DNA of 64,000 bases, counting the filler, from Octopus bimaculoides (lineage: Eukaryota): the NCBI RefSeq assembly GCF_001194135.2. It is 7 parts of 7 records of this genome, joined end to end, with 100 filler letters (N's around TTAATTAATTAA, not from the genome) between each part and the next. Parts side by side here need not be neighbours in the genome. Positions count along the whole stretch, not along the records: positions 1 to 31,933 come from NC_068982.1; 6 more parts are not named here. One strand, written 5' to 3'. Below are positions 11,860 through 26,230 of the stretch, one piece after another. Below the pieces are notes generated by a model. It searched no databases. It saw only the letters and a program-made list of their open reading frames with translations, and had not been told where the DNA came from. Position 1 is the first letter of the stretch. Each line of letters opens with the position of its first letter. Made by a program: the position numbers and the translations under genes.

Positions 11860-14504
11860 TAATATCATTAAACCGGAAACTGGGTGTTGGCATGTTTGCA
11901 TATCACTCATTCCCCTTTATTCTGCTCATTATTTCATTAAAAAAAAAAAAAAAATGAAGGATTAAAAAAAAGCGATTGTAGTTTGATTTTAGCGGGATAA
12001 GAGGAAAGCTTACTTGTAGCTGCTGTCTGAAGCTTCGATTAACATTGGACTTTACACAAAAAATTTGAATTAAACTACATTATTCTTGTGGACAACAAGA
12101 GTTACCTCCCTTATTTGGGATGCCCAATTCTTGTTATATTTGAAGTAGACATAAAGTAGAAATGGTTCTGTTCAATTCAAGCAATGATTAGCTGTATATT
12201 AATGGAGCAAGAATTTCTTCCCAAAGTCTAGTTATATGGCTGGCTTTGTAGAAGAGATTTCTCTACAAAAGGAGGTATGTTAGTGCTTATAGAATTTGAT
12301 AGTTGTTCAAGTAGACTCTCCCTCCTAAATAAGGAACAACTGTCTATTATGGATCATGAGAGGGACATATAAGATGTTGAAGTACTTCTTGATGAGTTTA
12401 TGGATTACATTTGTCAGTCCTTATATTATTCAAACTTGTAAATCTTTACGTACATACACACTCACTCACACACACAGAGGACACTGATATAATCCATAAT
12501 TTCTTTGGAAATGATCTAATAACCTATACTTCAAACATTAACAATGCTGAGAAACAGCTGGGTTTAGTTACAATATTTTCTACTGATATACGCCCAGAGA
12601 AATAACCATGATTGATAGCTGAAAATGGAAAAACTGTTTCCTATACCCAAAACGTTTTACAGATGGCCTAAAAAAGTTTGATAAAGACATAACAAATAGA
12701 AAAGAAATTGAAAGACCTTCAATAATCAAAACAACATATCATTAAATATTATTAGGGTCACATATATTGGGTTAAAACATACCATGATTCTGATCATATT
12801 TATTCAGCAAACACTCAATCTAAGTACTGACAAGGTCTGCAAGCAACTCAGGTGTCAATATGAACAAGAAAGGGCCTACATGATTGGTGTATTTTGCATG
12901 TAGTATTTATTACACACGGAAAATTATTCTTTTAAGCAGCTCCTCTCTGACATGTGTAATCTCACATTTTGACATATTTGCACATGTTGTTTTCCAAAAT
13001 GTTTTTGTAATTCATTTGGTTCATCCATTTGTTACTCATTTTTTATGAGGTGTAATATGATAACCATGTTGGTTTCATTGAGCTCTAACTTTTTCTGTTA
13101 CTTTCCCTTTTGATTTGATTTTTTTTTTCTCTTTGGGTCCATTTTCATTCATTTGTTTTTCTTTCAAAGTTTGCCCTTCTTGATCTTGTCTATCTCCTCT
13201 AGCTCAGTACTACCAAGTGTCCTCATTCACTTCTGGGACCAAAGACAAGACAGGTTATCTGGCTACCCTTGAATCTACAGCCAGTGATGTGAATGCTGCT
13301 GGTATTAGAGTTCCTAAAGTTGTAGTTAGGGCTTGCTGCTGTCTGTTACCTTTTCTTCTCCTTTATTTCTCTTTCTACTTAGATCAAAAAGCTCTCAAAT
13401 GATTCTTGCTACATCAGCTGTAACAACTAAGCTTTTAGCCCTGCACCACCAATTTTATGACTTTAATTTTCATGACCTCAACTGGACACAACCCTGGAAT
13501 GAATCTTTAGTTTTCAGCAGAGTCATTGAGACTTGTAGGTTCATTCTTATACATCACCAATCTCACATCTTACATCATTAACTTTGCTCTAAGCATTCAC
13601 CTATACTGCAATACAAGAGTGACAATGAGCCAGGGATCAATACCATTGCCTAGTGACCTTCATCTTCATGTTTCTTTGGGCTTAAAGTATATTAATATGA
13701 ATGTGAGGTTGCAATTTTGGTTTGCCTTTTAACTGTACCCATGGTGCTTAATAATAAGTAGATGGTCTCATATGTTTTGCCTTGTTGGATAGTTCCACCT
13801 TCAACTTCTTTTCTAAGGCAAAATGAAAGCCATTGCTATTTTCTAATGAATATAAACATGTAACCTTTCTTCTTGGATGTATTCATCAGGTTAGGATAAT
13901 TAATCCTGTTTTGCATAATTCTGTCAAAATCAAATATTTTGGAAAATTTACTAGTGTATAATTTCATCTGTAGATTTTTCTTTTATTAAACTAGTTACTG
14001 AGGCAAAACTGTCACTTTCAGAATTGGTTTCGTTTCTATTTTCACAAGAGATATGTTTGTGTGTATGTGTGTACAAAAGTTGTTGCTGTTACTTATACCA
14101 TCATTTACATTCTGTATTTCAGTATTAATGAATTCAGTATCATAGTGTCCAACTGGGATTTCTTTTATCAACTCTGAAAGGATAAAAGGCGAAGTTGACC
14201 ACAGTGGAATAATAATAATATTGGTTTCAAAATTTGGAATATGGTCAGCAATTTCAGGGAAGCGAGTTAGTCGATTATATTGACCCTAGGGCTCAACTGG
14301 TTCTTATTTTATCAAATGATGAAGGGCAACATCAATCTCAGTAGAATTTGAACTTAGAAGGTAAGAAATACTGCTAAGCATCTTTCCTGGCATGGTAACG
14401 ATTCTGTCATCCTAATTCTGTTAGTTGAACAAAATGTCGCTAAGTATTTTGCTTGGCATGTTAATGATTCTGCCAGAATGCTGCCTTGAATAATAATAGC
14501 AATC

Positions 14505-14541
<37 letters not shown>

Positions 14542-14581
14542 TGATGATGATAATGATAATAATAATAATAATAATAATAAT

Positions 14582-15227
14582 AAGTGTTATCATGTACATT
14601 GTTTTGTCTTGGTATAAAAGATGGGCTACAGCAAATATTCTGCTTAGTACCACAGATTTGCTTGTCAGTTGTTTGATCTTAACCAGTTGAGCATGTCCCT
14701 TGGTGGCTGACGATATGTGCATATCTGATCATGAGCAGAAGTAGTGGGGGAGCATCACAGCCATGTGTTGAGAGAAGTTCTTTGGGGTTTGAATAATTCA
14801 CCTTTGGANNNNNNNNNNNNNNNNNNNNNNNNNNNNNNNNNNNNNNNNNNNNNNNNNNNNNNNNNNNNNNNNNNNNNNNNNNNNNNNNNNNNNNNNNNNN
14901 NNNNNNNNNNNNNNNNNNNNNNNNNNNNNNNNNNNNNNNNNNNNNNNNNNNNNNNNNNNNNNNNNNNNNNNNNNNNNNNNNNNNNNNNNNNNNNNNNNNN
15001 NNNNNNNNNNNNNNNNNNNNNNNNNNNNNNNNNNNNNNNNNNNNNNNNNNNNNNNNNNNNNNNNNNNNNNNNNNNNNNNNNNNNNNNNNNNNNNNNNNNN
15101 NTGGTGTACCCTTATCAGACGGGTAATCATGATGGGTACAATGGGCTTCGTATATTTTACCCCAGTGTCACTTTGATGGCATGCCCTGCTCTCTCACTCA
15201 ATAATAATAATAATAATAATAATAATA

Positions 15228-15229
<2 letters not shown>
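14582..15229 (+). mobile_element. Non-autonomous retroposon embedded in (TAA)n, with an internal N gap
   Basis: 14582-14808 aligns with the reverse complement of about 61425-61650; flanked by (AAT)n on both sides. Confidence 0.65.
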
Positions 15230-15258
<29 letters not shown>

Positions 15259-15470
15259 GGAGGGGGAGGAGGGGAGGGGTGATGATGATGATGACGATGA
15301 TGAGGAGGAGAAGGAGGATGATGATGATGAGGAGGAGGAGGAGGAGGACGATGATGATGAGGAGGAGGAGGACGATGATGATGAGGAGGAGGACGATGAT
15401 GATGATGAGGGGGAGGAAGAGGGGCAGCAGGAGGAGGAGGAGGAGGAGCAGCAGCAGGAGGCCATAGTTT
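15200..15470. repeat. (AAT)n/(ATT)n followed by mixed (GAT)/(GAG)n trinucleotide array
   Basis: Read directly. Confidence 0.9.
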
Positions 15471-15999
15471 TGAGGGAAGGTGGTTAGCTGATCATATCAA
15501 CCCCACTACTTGACCGGAACTTAATTTATCAACCCTCAAAGGATGAAAGCAAAGTTGATGGTGGGATTTGAACTCTGATTATAAAGAATTATAAACTGAG
15601 TATAAAGAATTATAAACTGATTATAACTCTGATTATAAACTGGAACAAATAAACAGTAACAACAACAATAATAGTTTGTACTTTTGTCACAAAGCCAGCA
15701 AATTTTGATAGGAATGGCCTAGTCTATACCATTGAGTCTGGTGCTTCACTGTTACTTTATTTTATCAATCCTGGTAGGAATTGAACACAGAACATAAAGG
15801 GTGTGAGAAATACCATAAAGCCTTTTCTGCAATGCTGTAATTTTTCCAGCTTATTGCTAATAATAATCATCAGGATCTTCAGACTCTGGGCATCACTGAG
15901 GGCCTCGGGAGATGTGGAAATTTGTTGTACTTGATAAGACATGTCTTCCACACATACATGTCATACATGTCTTGATAGGACATGTCTTCCTTTCAGGTG

Positions 16000-16268
16000 C
16001 GAGTGCCACTTAAAAAGCACCCATGCTGGTGTTGCGTTAACACACCTGTGCTGGTGCTACACAAACGCATCTGTGTCTGTGGCACATAAAAAGCACCCAA
16101 CACACTCTTCTAAGTGGTTGGCATTAGGAAGGCCATCCAACCATAGAAACTATGCCACAACAGACAGTTGGAGTCTGGACAACTCCCAGCTAGCAAGCTC
16201 AATGTCAATCTGTCCAACCTGTGCCAGCACGGAGAGAGGACATTAAACGATGATGGTGATGATGATGA
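16000..16268 (+). mobile_element. RTE 3' UTR copy with (GAT)n tail in the PLCE1 intron
   Basis: Aligns with 6790-7030; lies 40 bp from the PLCE1 donor site. Confidence 0.7.
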
Positions 16269-16308
16269 CTGTAATCAATAATATTTATATCATATATGTA
16301 TGACTTAC

Positions 16309-17122
16309 CCTTATTGCTTCTGCTGGTGTTGGTCCCTGGCATTTATCATTCTCATAATACAGCTGAAGGTACTGTGTCTTTAGCCACTGACCTCTTTTGT
16401 CAGTTTGGTTCTTGACTTTAGTTGCTGCTTTCACAAGACTCTGTAAACCTTGAAACCATATTTTGGCCACCATATCTGGTGCTATGAAATAAATCAGTTT
16501 GTTTTCCGTTATATTATAGCCATAAACTAGACAAAGGCAATTTTTCTCTGGCACAAAATTACCTAAACCATATCGTTTACCAATAGCTGCAAAATCAGCA
16601 ATATCAGCACCCAAATACACATCTTTTATGATATTTATATCAATGAAACCTTCTTCAAGTCCTTCCATCACATCATCGTCTGTATTATAACGTAGAGATA
16701 TTGTATTAGATGAAGATAAATCAAAGTCTGATTTCAGAGTGTAATCTGGTGGAGAAGGGCTCCCTCTCAGAGCACTCCAGGAAGGTTTCTGCCAAGTAAG
16801 TGTTCTATTGTCACTTTCAAGTTTGAGACAAACAACAACAGAACGGTTTGTATCAAGTTCATGCCTCACCATTGTACTTCCATGATGCATACACTGTAAC
16901 TGATGCAGACTGACATTAGAGATTTTGGGCGTCAGTAAACTGACCTCATGATCATTATTGATAGGACAAATTGGTTGGTAAGAATCAAGATCAAGGTCAT
17001 AATCACTGTCACTGTCTTCATCATCTTCATTTCCATGGCTAAATTCATGGGGAACCTCACACTTCTCTTCAGCAACTTTCTCTTCTGCTTCATCAACATT
17101 GGTTTTATTTGTTAAATTTGCA
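16309..17122 (-). CDS. PLCE1: Phospholipase C epsilon, internal exon encoding acidic linker, PH domain and start of EF-hand region (814 bp, phase 2 to phase 0)
   Basis: Acceptor tttcatctatcttttcAG, donor agg|GTAAGT. The frame is open from 17121, upstream of the listed ORF start at 16890. Motifs CLKLESDNRTLTWQKP, LVYGYNITENKLIYFIAP and KRGQWLKTQYLQLYYENDKCQGPTPAEAIR match recalled PLCE1 FLQLQPDNSTLTWVKP, LLYGLQTTDNRLLHFVAP and [30 protein letters not shown]. Confidence 0.93.
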
Positions 17123-18048
17123 CTGAAAAGATAGATGAAACAACCATTAAATAGACATTAAATAGAAAGGAGCAGCTCAGAAATTTCCCTCCATTCCTAA
17201 TCACTGATTAGGAATGGAATGAACGAGTGATTAATTAGACCTACTGACTTCAGAAACTATACACATGATTATTGTAATGCCCATTTAACATAAGTGAAGT
17301 GAAATTGCTACATTGAAGCTGTGTATCAGACTCAGTAACTCTGACATAAAATAAAGAATTTTATCACAAAAAGAAAGGAGAATGTGTGACATTCATTCAT
17401 TCTTGAAAGAAATTAGAAGTTTAAGTAAAATGAACTGACTTTAAACAATGTGAAAACTTGTTCTTTGTTTTGATTTTCTAAAAGTTTATCTGTCTTCAGA
17501 GAAATAGTTTCAAAGAACATGTATGATTGCACAATTTCTTTTTCTTTTCTTAACAATGGTTACATTCTATTTTAGTCAGACATTTCTACAAATTTGGTAT
17601 TTAACTATTGGAAGTTTGATATTTAACTAATGTAAGCCTGTCTTAATAGAAAACACATTTATGCAATAGAACTAGTTATTTTCCAACTAGACAGACGAAA
17701 GAAAGAAAATTAAGATATTTTACATAAATTTTCATGGTAATGGATGAGACCACTATGAACCTAACACTGAGGTTACGAAGTGAGCATTTCAAATACAAAC
17801 CAGATACCTAAATAAGATAAAATTAAAGCAGCATCTGTGGCTGACATGTCAGTTTTATAATCTCGAAATTTTCTTTGTAAAATAAATGAAATTCTCTTAT
17901 TTGTTCATATTCACCTTATAAATTCTAACTTCATTTCTCATATTTTCTCAGTCAATCATTCAGACAGTTTGAAAAATGAGTCCCTAATTGTGAAAGTAAA
18001 CTCTTGTAATAAACTGTCAGTTTAAATATTTTAATCATTTTCTAAAAG

Positions 18049-18087
<39 letters not shown>

Positions 18088-18104
18088 TACCAAACATAGC
18101 AAAT

Positions 18105-18445
18105 GTAATAAAGACCTCCTTCGATCATGAAAGACCGTGGGATTGTAGATAGAAAGTTACCCTCCAAGACACAAGTCTGGACAAGGTTGTTTGTGGAATG
18201 CCAGTGGTCACTCATGCACACTAGCCTCCCCTCTCCACACCACTGATGTTATTCAAGGGAAAAGCAAAGGCTGGTACAGCTTGGTACCAGTGCTGCCACA
18301 ACTCATTTCTACAGCTGAGTGAACTGGAGTAACATGAAATAGAGTGTCTTGTTCATGAACTCAACACACAACCTGGTCTGGGAAGCAAACTTATACCTCA
18401 TGATTGTGAGCCTGACATTTGAGCCACTGAGCCATGCACCTTCAC
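18105..18445 (-). mobile_element. tRNA-derived SINE family C
   Basis: Minus strand GGTGCATGGCTCAGTGG (A box), decayed B box, central AACAAGACACTCTATTTCATGTTACTCCAGTTCACTCAGCTG. Confidence 0.65.
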
Positions 18446-19189
18446 GACAATGTAATAGGTTTACTGAAACCATTATCATCCTTTTGATATATAACATTTA
18501 TTTTTATGACAATGTTTCACTTCTGTTATGGTTTAAATGAATATCTCACCAAGACATCGTTTTAGGGATGGATGCTCTTCCTGTCACAAGCCCTTAATTA
18601 TTACTTGAATAAGAGATCACTTCTTTCACATATCTTTAACTTGTGGGAATAGTAATGACAACATATTGCTGCTTGAAGCACAGAAATTTTTGGAGAAGTG
18701 CAAATGTAAACAATCACACAGACAAACAGTTTCTGTTTACCAAATCCAGTCTCAAAGCATTGACTGGTCAAAACTTACAGTAGAAGATATTTGCCCAAGG
18801 TGCCACTCTATGAGAATTTGGGACCATGTGGTAACAAATCTACCCCCATATTCATATAGTTATGCTTGCATCCATATATTATATATATATATATATATAT
18901 ANNNNNNNNNNNNNNNNNNNNNNNNNNNNNNNNNNNNNNNNNNNNNNNNNNNNNNNNNNNNNNNNNNNNNNNNNNNNNNNNNNNNNNNNNNNNNNNNNNN
19001 NNNNNNNNNNNNNNNNNNNNNNNNNNNNNNNNNNNNNNNNNNNNNNNNNNNNNNNNNNNNNNNNNNNNNNNNNNNNNNNNNNNNNNNNNNNNNNNNNNNN
19101 NNNNNNNNNNNNNNNNNNNNNNNNNNNNNNNNNNNNNNNNNNNNNNNNNNNNNNNNNNNNNNNNNNNNNNNNNNNNNNNNNNNNNNNNN

Positions 19190-19233
<44 letters not shown>

Positions 19234-20066
19234 TATATAATATATATCTCCAAACATACATACATACAAACATCCATCCATCCATTTGAATACCAAAATC
19301 TTACTATTACATCAATGGTCTGTGAGTTTCTGTACATTTTATAATGGTTTATATAAACCTCTAAATATCACACCTTATCTATCTTCTTGCTAATAGTTTA
19401 TATATATTTCTGTGCACCACACTCTGTCTCAATCCTTGCTGTTCTTTGTTATAATGGTTTATATATATATATTTCTCAAAATATTACATGCTGTTCATTT
19501 CCTTGTTAATCTGCATCATAACAGCATGTGTACATTGTTGAAATGCAATACAGTGTTCATTTATTTGCTTGTGTGTGTGTGTGTGTGTGTGTGTACATCT
19601 TACTCATAATGGTCTATATAAGACTTTCATTTGAAAGCTATTAAATAAAAATTTCTTAATGGTAAATATTACAGTTTTCTTACATATTCTTTTACATCTG
19701 CTAAATGTGATTTCTTAAAAATTCTGAAAGGTTTTCAAGAAACAGGCTGTCTGCCACAAGTGAAAAATTCAATTGGATGTTATATGCTAGGCATATAGAA
19801 CAGTGTGAATAATATTAAGTTAATAATGATCTTCTACACAGATTTCAGTATTCTGAAATTTAATGAAAGCATGGCTATGTGGTTGAGAAGTCTACTGCCC
19901 AATTCACTTGGTTTTAGGTTCAATCCCACCACATGGTACCTTGGGCAAGTGTTGTTTACTATAGCCCCTAGGTCAACCAAAATCTCATGAGCAGATTAAG
20001 TAAATAGAAACTGAAAGAAGCTCATTTGTGTGTGCATGTTTTTACGTGCGTGTGTATGTGTATGAA

Positions 20067-20106
<40 letters not shown>

Positions 20107-20162
20107 ACATGTAAATACACCCCCCACATATATATATATATATATAAGCATTTACATATATA

Positions 20163-20201
<39 letters not shown>

Positions 20202-20479
20202 GAGAGAGAGAGAGATTTATAATAGTATAAAATACAATCATAATTAAGGCCATAGAAGAGACTATGCCTATACTGAAAATAGATGCCAAATCGTCAAACC
20301 ACTTAAAAATTATTACTTTTATAATGAATTTTATACTATTGTATCACTAATCTGTGATTCAAAGGCTTGCTTCTCAACTATGTTGTCTCAGATTCAGACT
20401 GTGCAGCATCTTCTACCACAGCTCTGGGCTGACCAAAGCCATGTGAGTGATTTTGGTTAATGGAAACTAAAAGGAGCCT

Positions 20480-20900
20480 GTTGTATAAATATATCTTTTA
20501 TCATTTACTCGTTTTAGTCATAGGACTGCGGCTATGTTGGGTTGACTGCTTCAGTGGAATAAATTGGTCCCAATACATTTTAAAAAAAAATCTGGCGCTT
20601 ATTCTATCAATCACTTTTGCTGATGTGCTAAGTTACAGGTTCGTAAACAAACCAACTACGATTGTCAAGCAGTGGTGGAGGACAAACACAGACACACACA
20701 TACACACATGCAGCACACATGCATGCAAGCACACACACATACATACATGCACAATGAGCTTCTTTCGGTTTCTCTGTACCAAATCCACTCAAGGCTTTTG
20801 TTGGCATGGAGTGACAGTAGAAAACACTTGCCACACAATGAGACTGATCCTAGAACCTTGTCATTGGAAAACAATCTTCTTACCACACTACTATGCCTGC
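20480..20900 (-). mobile_element. SINE family A, near full-length
   Basis: Aligns with the family A consensus in reverse. Confidence 0.75.
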
Positions 20901-22094
20901 AATATTATGTGTATCTGTGTGTGTATGCTTGTGTGTATCCTTGTCTAGACATCAACTGATTGTTGCAAATGAGCATTGTCATCATAGAAGTGAGGTCGTT
21001 TGTTTCTGGTCTTCATTGCAAATATGTCAAGATAAAGGAAAATACTAGCTTGCTTAAGAATGAGGATTGGTGACAGGAAGAGCATCTGGCTGTAGAAAAT
21101 CTGTGTCAACAAATTCTGTGACCGATGTAAGCATAGGAAAGTGACTGTTGAATGATGATAACAATTATGATATTGGTAGAATGTGACACGAGGGAGATTT
21201 CATTGTTATTTCTATCAGTTTAAGTGACCTATGAATCTTCTTTTGATTGGCTGTAAACACACACACACACACGCAAAATGAAATGCTTTAGATCAAAGGT
21301 TTGATTGATCAGAGCTGGTCTGAGTTAAATAATAACAAGAACAACAAGAACAATAATATTAACCTACATGGAACTACTTATACACTGTTGTTAAGTAAAT
21401 AATATTTGCTATACATGTCATGGATTCTCTGACAGGGAACAGACAGGAACAAACACCAATATCCACAAGCGTATTGACTCAACAATTCATTCACTGCTCT
21501 TTAATGTTAGTGTATGCTTGTATTCTTTCATTAGTTTCAGTTATTGGAATATAGTGATGCTAGGTTAGTGACATTCAAAGATTTAAGTAATGCTGGTAAG
21601 ATGTTAGAACTTTATTTTGACAATGAAATGGTTAAGTCTACCTTAACCATTTGCTAAATTGACTTTACTTGGTCTATACAAGGCAAGGTAATTTTGTCCA
21701 ATCTGAATTTAATTTGGCTATCCCTTACTGAAACACATGCGTACCTTTTTTTTTTTTTACCAGTTTTAGTAACTGGATTGCAGTCATGCTGGGGTACTGC
21801 CTTCAAAGGTTTAACCAAACAAATCAACCTCAGTCACTATTTGTTTTCTAAGTCTGATATTTATTCTATCAATGTCTTTTGCCAGACTGTTAAGTTATAG
21901 TGATGTAAACAAACTAACACAATCATAAAGCATTGGTTGGCTTAGTGGTACAGTAGAATACACTTGCCCAAGGTGCCATACAGCAGGCCTTAATCTGAAA
22001 CCACATGGTTGCAAAGTACGCTTTTCAACCACACAGCCATATCTGCACCTGCACTTACTCAGAATGGCTGTTAATGTTATGACATCATAGAAGG

Positions 22095-22490
22095 TAGCCC
22101 AAACCTGAATGCTCTTTCCCTCAGTCCCAACCAGAGCCCTTTGCCTCAGCTATTTCCCTGTCATTTGCAACTCTGTGCCAATGTTTTACCTTCTACTTGT
22201 GCAAACTTCAATGCCAGCTAACTTCTATTTTAGTATCCGAGGCACTTTGTACTTCATGGCTTCTCATGTTCATGTCACTATGAATTACTCTGAGAGGCTC
22301 TGAAGGGAAGTCATAAGCTTTTATGGTGGAACCTAAAAGTGATACTGCTTAGGCTCCTTGGTAAGCCATGTTGCCACCTCGAATAACTGTAGATCTTTTT
22401 CTCCAAGATTTCAACAGTTGACATACTGACATTGTGTCCTACAGGCTGCTGTCAAAGCTCTTGGCTGGTTGTTCAGTCAGTGTTGGGATG
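22095..22490 (-). mobile_element. HERO-like non-LTR retrotransposon internal fragment
   Basis: Degenerate IPTLTEQPAKSFDSSL...STVEILEKKI...GLPRSLSS, typical of the post-RT region of these elements. Confidence 0.55.
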
Positions 22491-22575
22491 GCAGTTGGGC
22501 ATACATACATACAGACAGACAGACATATGTTTGTGTGTGTGTGTGTGTTGTTGTTGAGTCACTGTTAGGCAGCTG

Positions 22576-22612
<37 letters not shown>

Positions 22613-23481
22613 GTATATGTATATAGCCAGAAATGACTCTGGGTGCTTTTACACAGCACTGCATGGGCACTTTTACATGGCATCTCACAGGTGTTTTTAT
22701 GTGGCACCACCATAAGTGCTTCACACCACCAGAAGGACCAGTCTTAACACTTCTACTGTGGAGTACATGTCTTCTTGAGTACAACAAAGTGCCAAGCATC
22801 TTGTTCTTTTGTCATCTTGCCTGAAAGGTTCAGCATTCTGAGGTCAATCTTCAGTACTTTATCCCATGCCTTCCTGGGTCTCCCACTTCCACATGTTCCA
22901 TCTACAATATATATATATTGTTCCCTGCCATACTAACTCCTTCTTTTTCCCTTGTCTTTGTTTCCAGCTGTATCAGTGGATACTCTGCTGCTCTTTTATA
23001 CTCTCTCAACTATCAACTTATCACACCTATAAATTTGTTCCTCTTATCTTATTTCCTCATCAGTCCACTTATAATCACTACACTCATACTCTTCTTCTCT
23101 CCCTCACATTAAGGACCACTTTAGGCCCTTAGCCTTGTAAGATACCAGATCTTCACTCATGCTGGTGCCATGAAAAAAGTACCCAGTACACTCTGTAAAG
23201 TTGGTTGGCATTAGAAGACATCCAGCCATAGAAATCATGCCAAAGTAGACATTGGAGAATGATGTTGTCCTCTCCACTTGTTACATCTTGTTGATGTCTG
23301 GCATGAGCCAGCATGGAAGAGGGACACTAAATGATGATAATGATTAAGAATTTTACTTTGGAACTATGTGGTTTGGTATTCCCTCTCATTGTGTGGATAC
23401 TAGCAACTGTTGTCCTCTACTATAGTCATAAGTAGACTTATATCTTGTGAGTGAAATTTGGTTGACAAAAACTGTCATAAG

Positions 23482-23540
<59 letters not shown>

Positions 23541-24618
23541 AACGTGTATGTATTCCACTTGTCTACATACATGCACACTAAATATAAAGAAATATGTCAC
23601 TGTTCATATTGATGGTGTCATTTCTGTGTAGATCTTTGTAAAAGCATATCTGGGTTATTTGACATATTTTAGTATGTGTGTACTGATTGGAAACAAAGTT
23701 TTTATTCACATAAACAACGTTGTTTGTTTGCAGTTCTTCACACACAATATACATATGCTATTGTGTGTGTGTGTGTGTGTGTGTGTACATATTTAGTAGG
23801 CCAGATGGAATAAGATAATCCAAGTATTTACCTTGGAAAACATATCTACAGACAGAGGCTATATGACAATTGCAAAATGGAATATCCCTTATGAAATTGT
23901 TTCAAATAATCAGAAAATCTGCAAATTCCTTTTCCAATCATAGTGTATGAATAATAAAGATTGAAAATTGGAATTTCTGATATTACACACACACACACAC
24001 ACACTCACACAATGCGTGTCCACAAAATTCCATTTGCAAGTATTTGGTGTGGAATCAGATAATAAAAAACACTTGAGTTACTACACGTAGGATCAAATAT
24101 GGAATCACATACATACGAAGTAGACTTTTCAACCACATACTAATTCTCGTGCCATTAAGATGTTGCCATTAAAATGCATTCCTGTGGTTTAAAGTTATTA
24201 CTTAGTTTTAATTGTTGGTCTAGTGCACATTACAAATATTTATTTGATTTTCATTCAATTCTTTGTTTTCCTTTTCTAATTTTTGTTTCTAAACGCACTT
24301 TTAAAGATAACAGAATTTAATATGCACAAATTTTTTTTTAAACTGCAAACGTTTTTACTTTAAGAAACCAAAATCCATTATTGCTAAAAATCAATATTTA
24401 TTTAACAACATTTTCAGACATAGAAGTTCTATATTAAAATTTTAAAAAGTTTAGAAACAAAAAATAAAACAAATGATCATTACTGTTTTAACTACCTCAC
24501 TATTACAGCTAGCATTGCATTTTGTATCATTAAACACTATTTTAAAACTGCAATCTAATAATCAAAAGATTGCTAGAAATTTTAAATCAGGGCGATTGAT
24601 TAATTGTAAAGAACACAT

Positions 24619-24658
<40 letters not shown>

Positions 24659-25249
24659 TCACATTTGTAAACAGTGATTGAAATAGAGAAACAAGCAGTA
24701 ATCAAGTGAAGCATTAAGTCCTACTTCTTTGGTTTATTGCTTGGGAAACATGGCTCTGTGGTAAAGAAGCTTGCTTCCCATCCAGGTAGTCTAGGGTTCA
24801 ACTCCACAGCATGGCACTATGCGTAAGTGTTTTCTACTACAAATCAGGGTTGACCAAAGCCTTGTGAGTGGATTTGGTTGATGGGAACTGAAAGAAGCTC
24901 ATTATGTATGTATGGTATGTATATATAGTATGTATGGTATGTATGTATGGTATGTATGTGTATGTGTATGCATGGTATGGATGTTTGCATGTATGTATGT
25001 CTGGATGAATGGATGGAGGGAGAGGATGGGAGGGATTAAGGTAAAAGTGAAAAAGCAAAACATTTGGCATCACTTGAAAAGGACATTTTGTTTAGATATT
25101 TAATTTCTATATTTACTTGCTCAAGGAAAAACCACTTCTAGTCACCTTTAATAGGTAGTATCAACACTCAGTTGAAGTTCAAGCCAGAGTTTTTGTAGTA
25201 AACCAGACAGAGCATTCATGGTACATATCTATTGCTTTGTCAGCTGATG

Positions 25250-25427
25250 ATAACTCCTTCAGTATTATGCAAGCATGTATGTATGTCATTGTTCAGTTTT
25301 ATTTCAAGGTTTCTTGCCAATAGGGAAAGAGCCAGTTTCTAACCTATATCCAAGGCACTTTCATTGGAATTTCAACATCAACAACAGGTTATTTTTATTT
25401 GTATGTATGTATGTATGTATGTATGTA

Positions 25428-25499
<72 letters not shown>

Positions 25500-26230
25500 C
25501 AGATTTGTATGTTTTGTTTTATGTATGCATTCTCATGCATATATTTGCATATCTAGACATACTCATATATATTTAAATGATAAACTTCTGGAAAGCTTTA
25601 CAGATTTTTACAATTCCAATAATGGATTGGATCTGTAGTCTTCGAATTAGCTTTTTCCTTTCTAGTTTTGAGAAGGCTTATCTCTCAAGATTGGTATTTA
25701 GGCAGTGTGTTGCACATCCCAGGGCCCCAGCAATTACAGGTATAAACCTGAACTTGTAATCTGGATAGAGTAAATGCAGATTTCTCAATAGGTCAGTGTA
25801 GATATCCTCTTTTACACTGACCTTCAGCTTTATGTTAACATCCACTGGGCAGCTAATTTCTACAACTGTACACAGTTTCTCTTCTCTATCCCAAATCATT
25901 ATATCAGGTCTACTGTGCTTGCATTTTATTGAGGACTTCACTGGGTCATTCTACCAGTACTCCTTTTTATTATGAGTGGCTATGGCTTCTACCATACTGT
26001 GGGTTCTTATTTCTTTATCCTCAGGGGTTATCCTTCTGACAGATTTCATTATAGGGTGTCCAAGCTACAACATCATATCTCATTGATAGATGATACCATG
26101 ATGACATTTTCGGACAACTGCTTATGATGCGGGTGATATCTTTGGTGTTAACTCCACAAAGTCTGCATTGCTTGTCACATTTTACTGCTCTTCCTGTATT
26201 TCTATCCTTTTGTGCATCAGGTATTTGGTT
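25250..26230 (-). mobile_element. R4/Dong-like RLE non-LTR retrotransposon 3' portion with 3' UTR
   Basis: CCHC-like CRLCGVNTKDITRIISSC, then RPDIMIWDREEKLCTVVEISCP...FIPVIAGALG, ending CKAFQKFII*. Confidence 0.75.

Noticed and set aside
12014-12049. 36-bp AG/GTAAGC-bounded segment (SNVNRSFRQQLQ) as a PLCE1 microexon
   Set aside because: It would interrupt the conserved EAIR-to-FGG junction, since no FGG exon is visible between it and 16309; no homology support.
13080-13900. Purine-rich minus-strand stretch that looks coding
   Set aside because: Stops in all frames and no recognisable motif; possibly an old transposon.
15256-15467. Poly-Ser and Met/Arg ORFs
   Set aside because: Trinucleotide repeat array.
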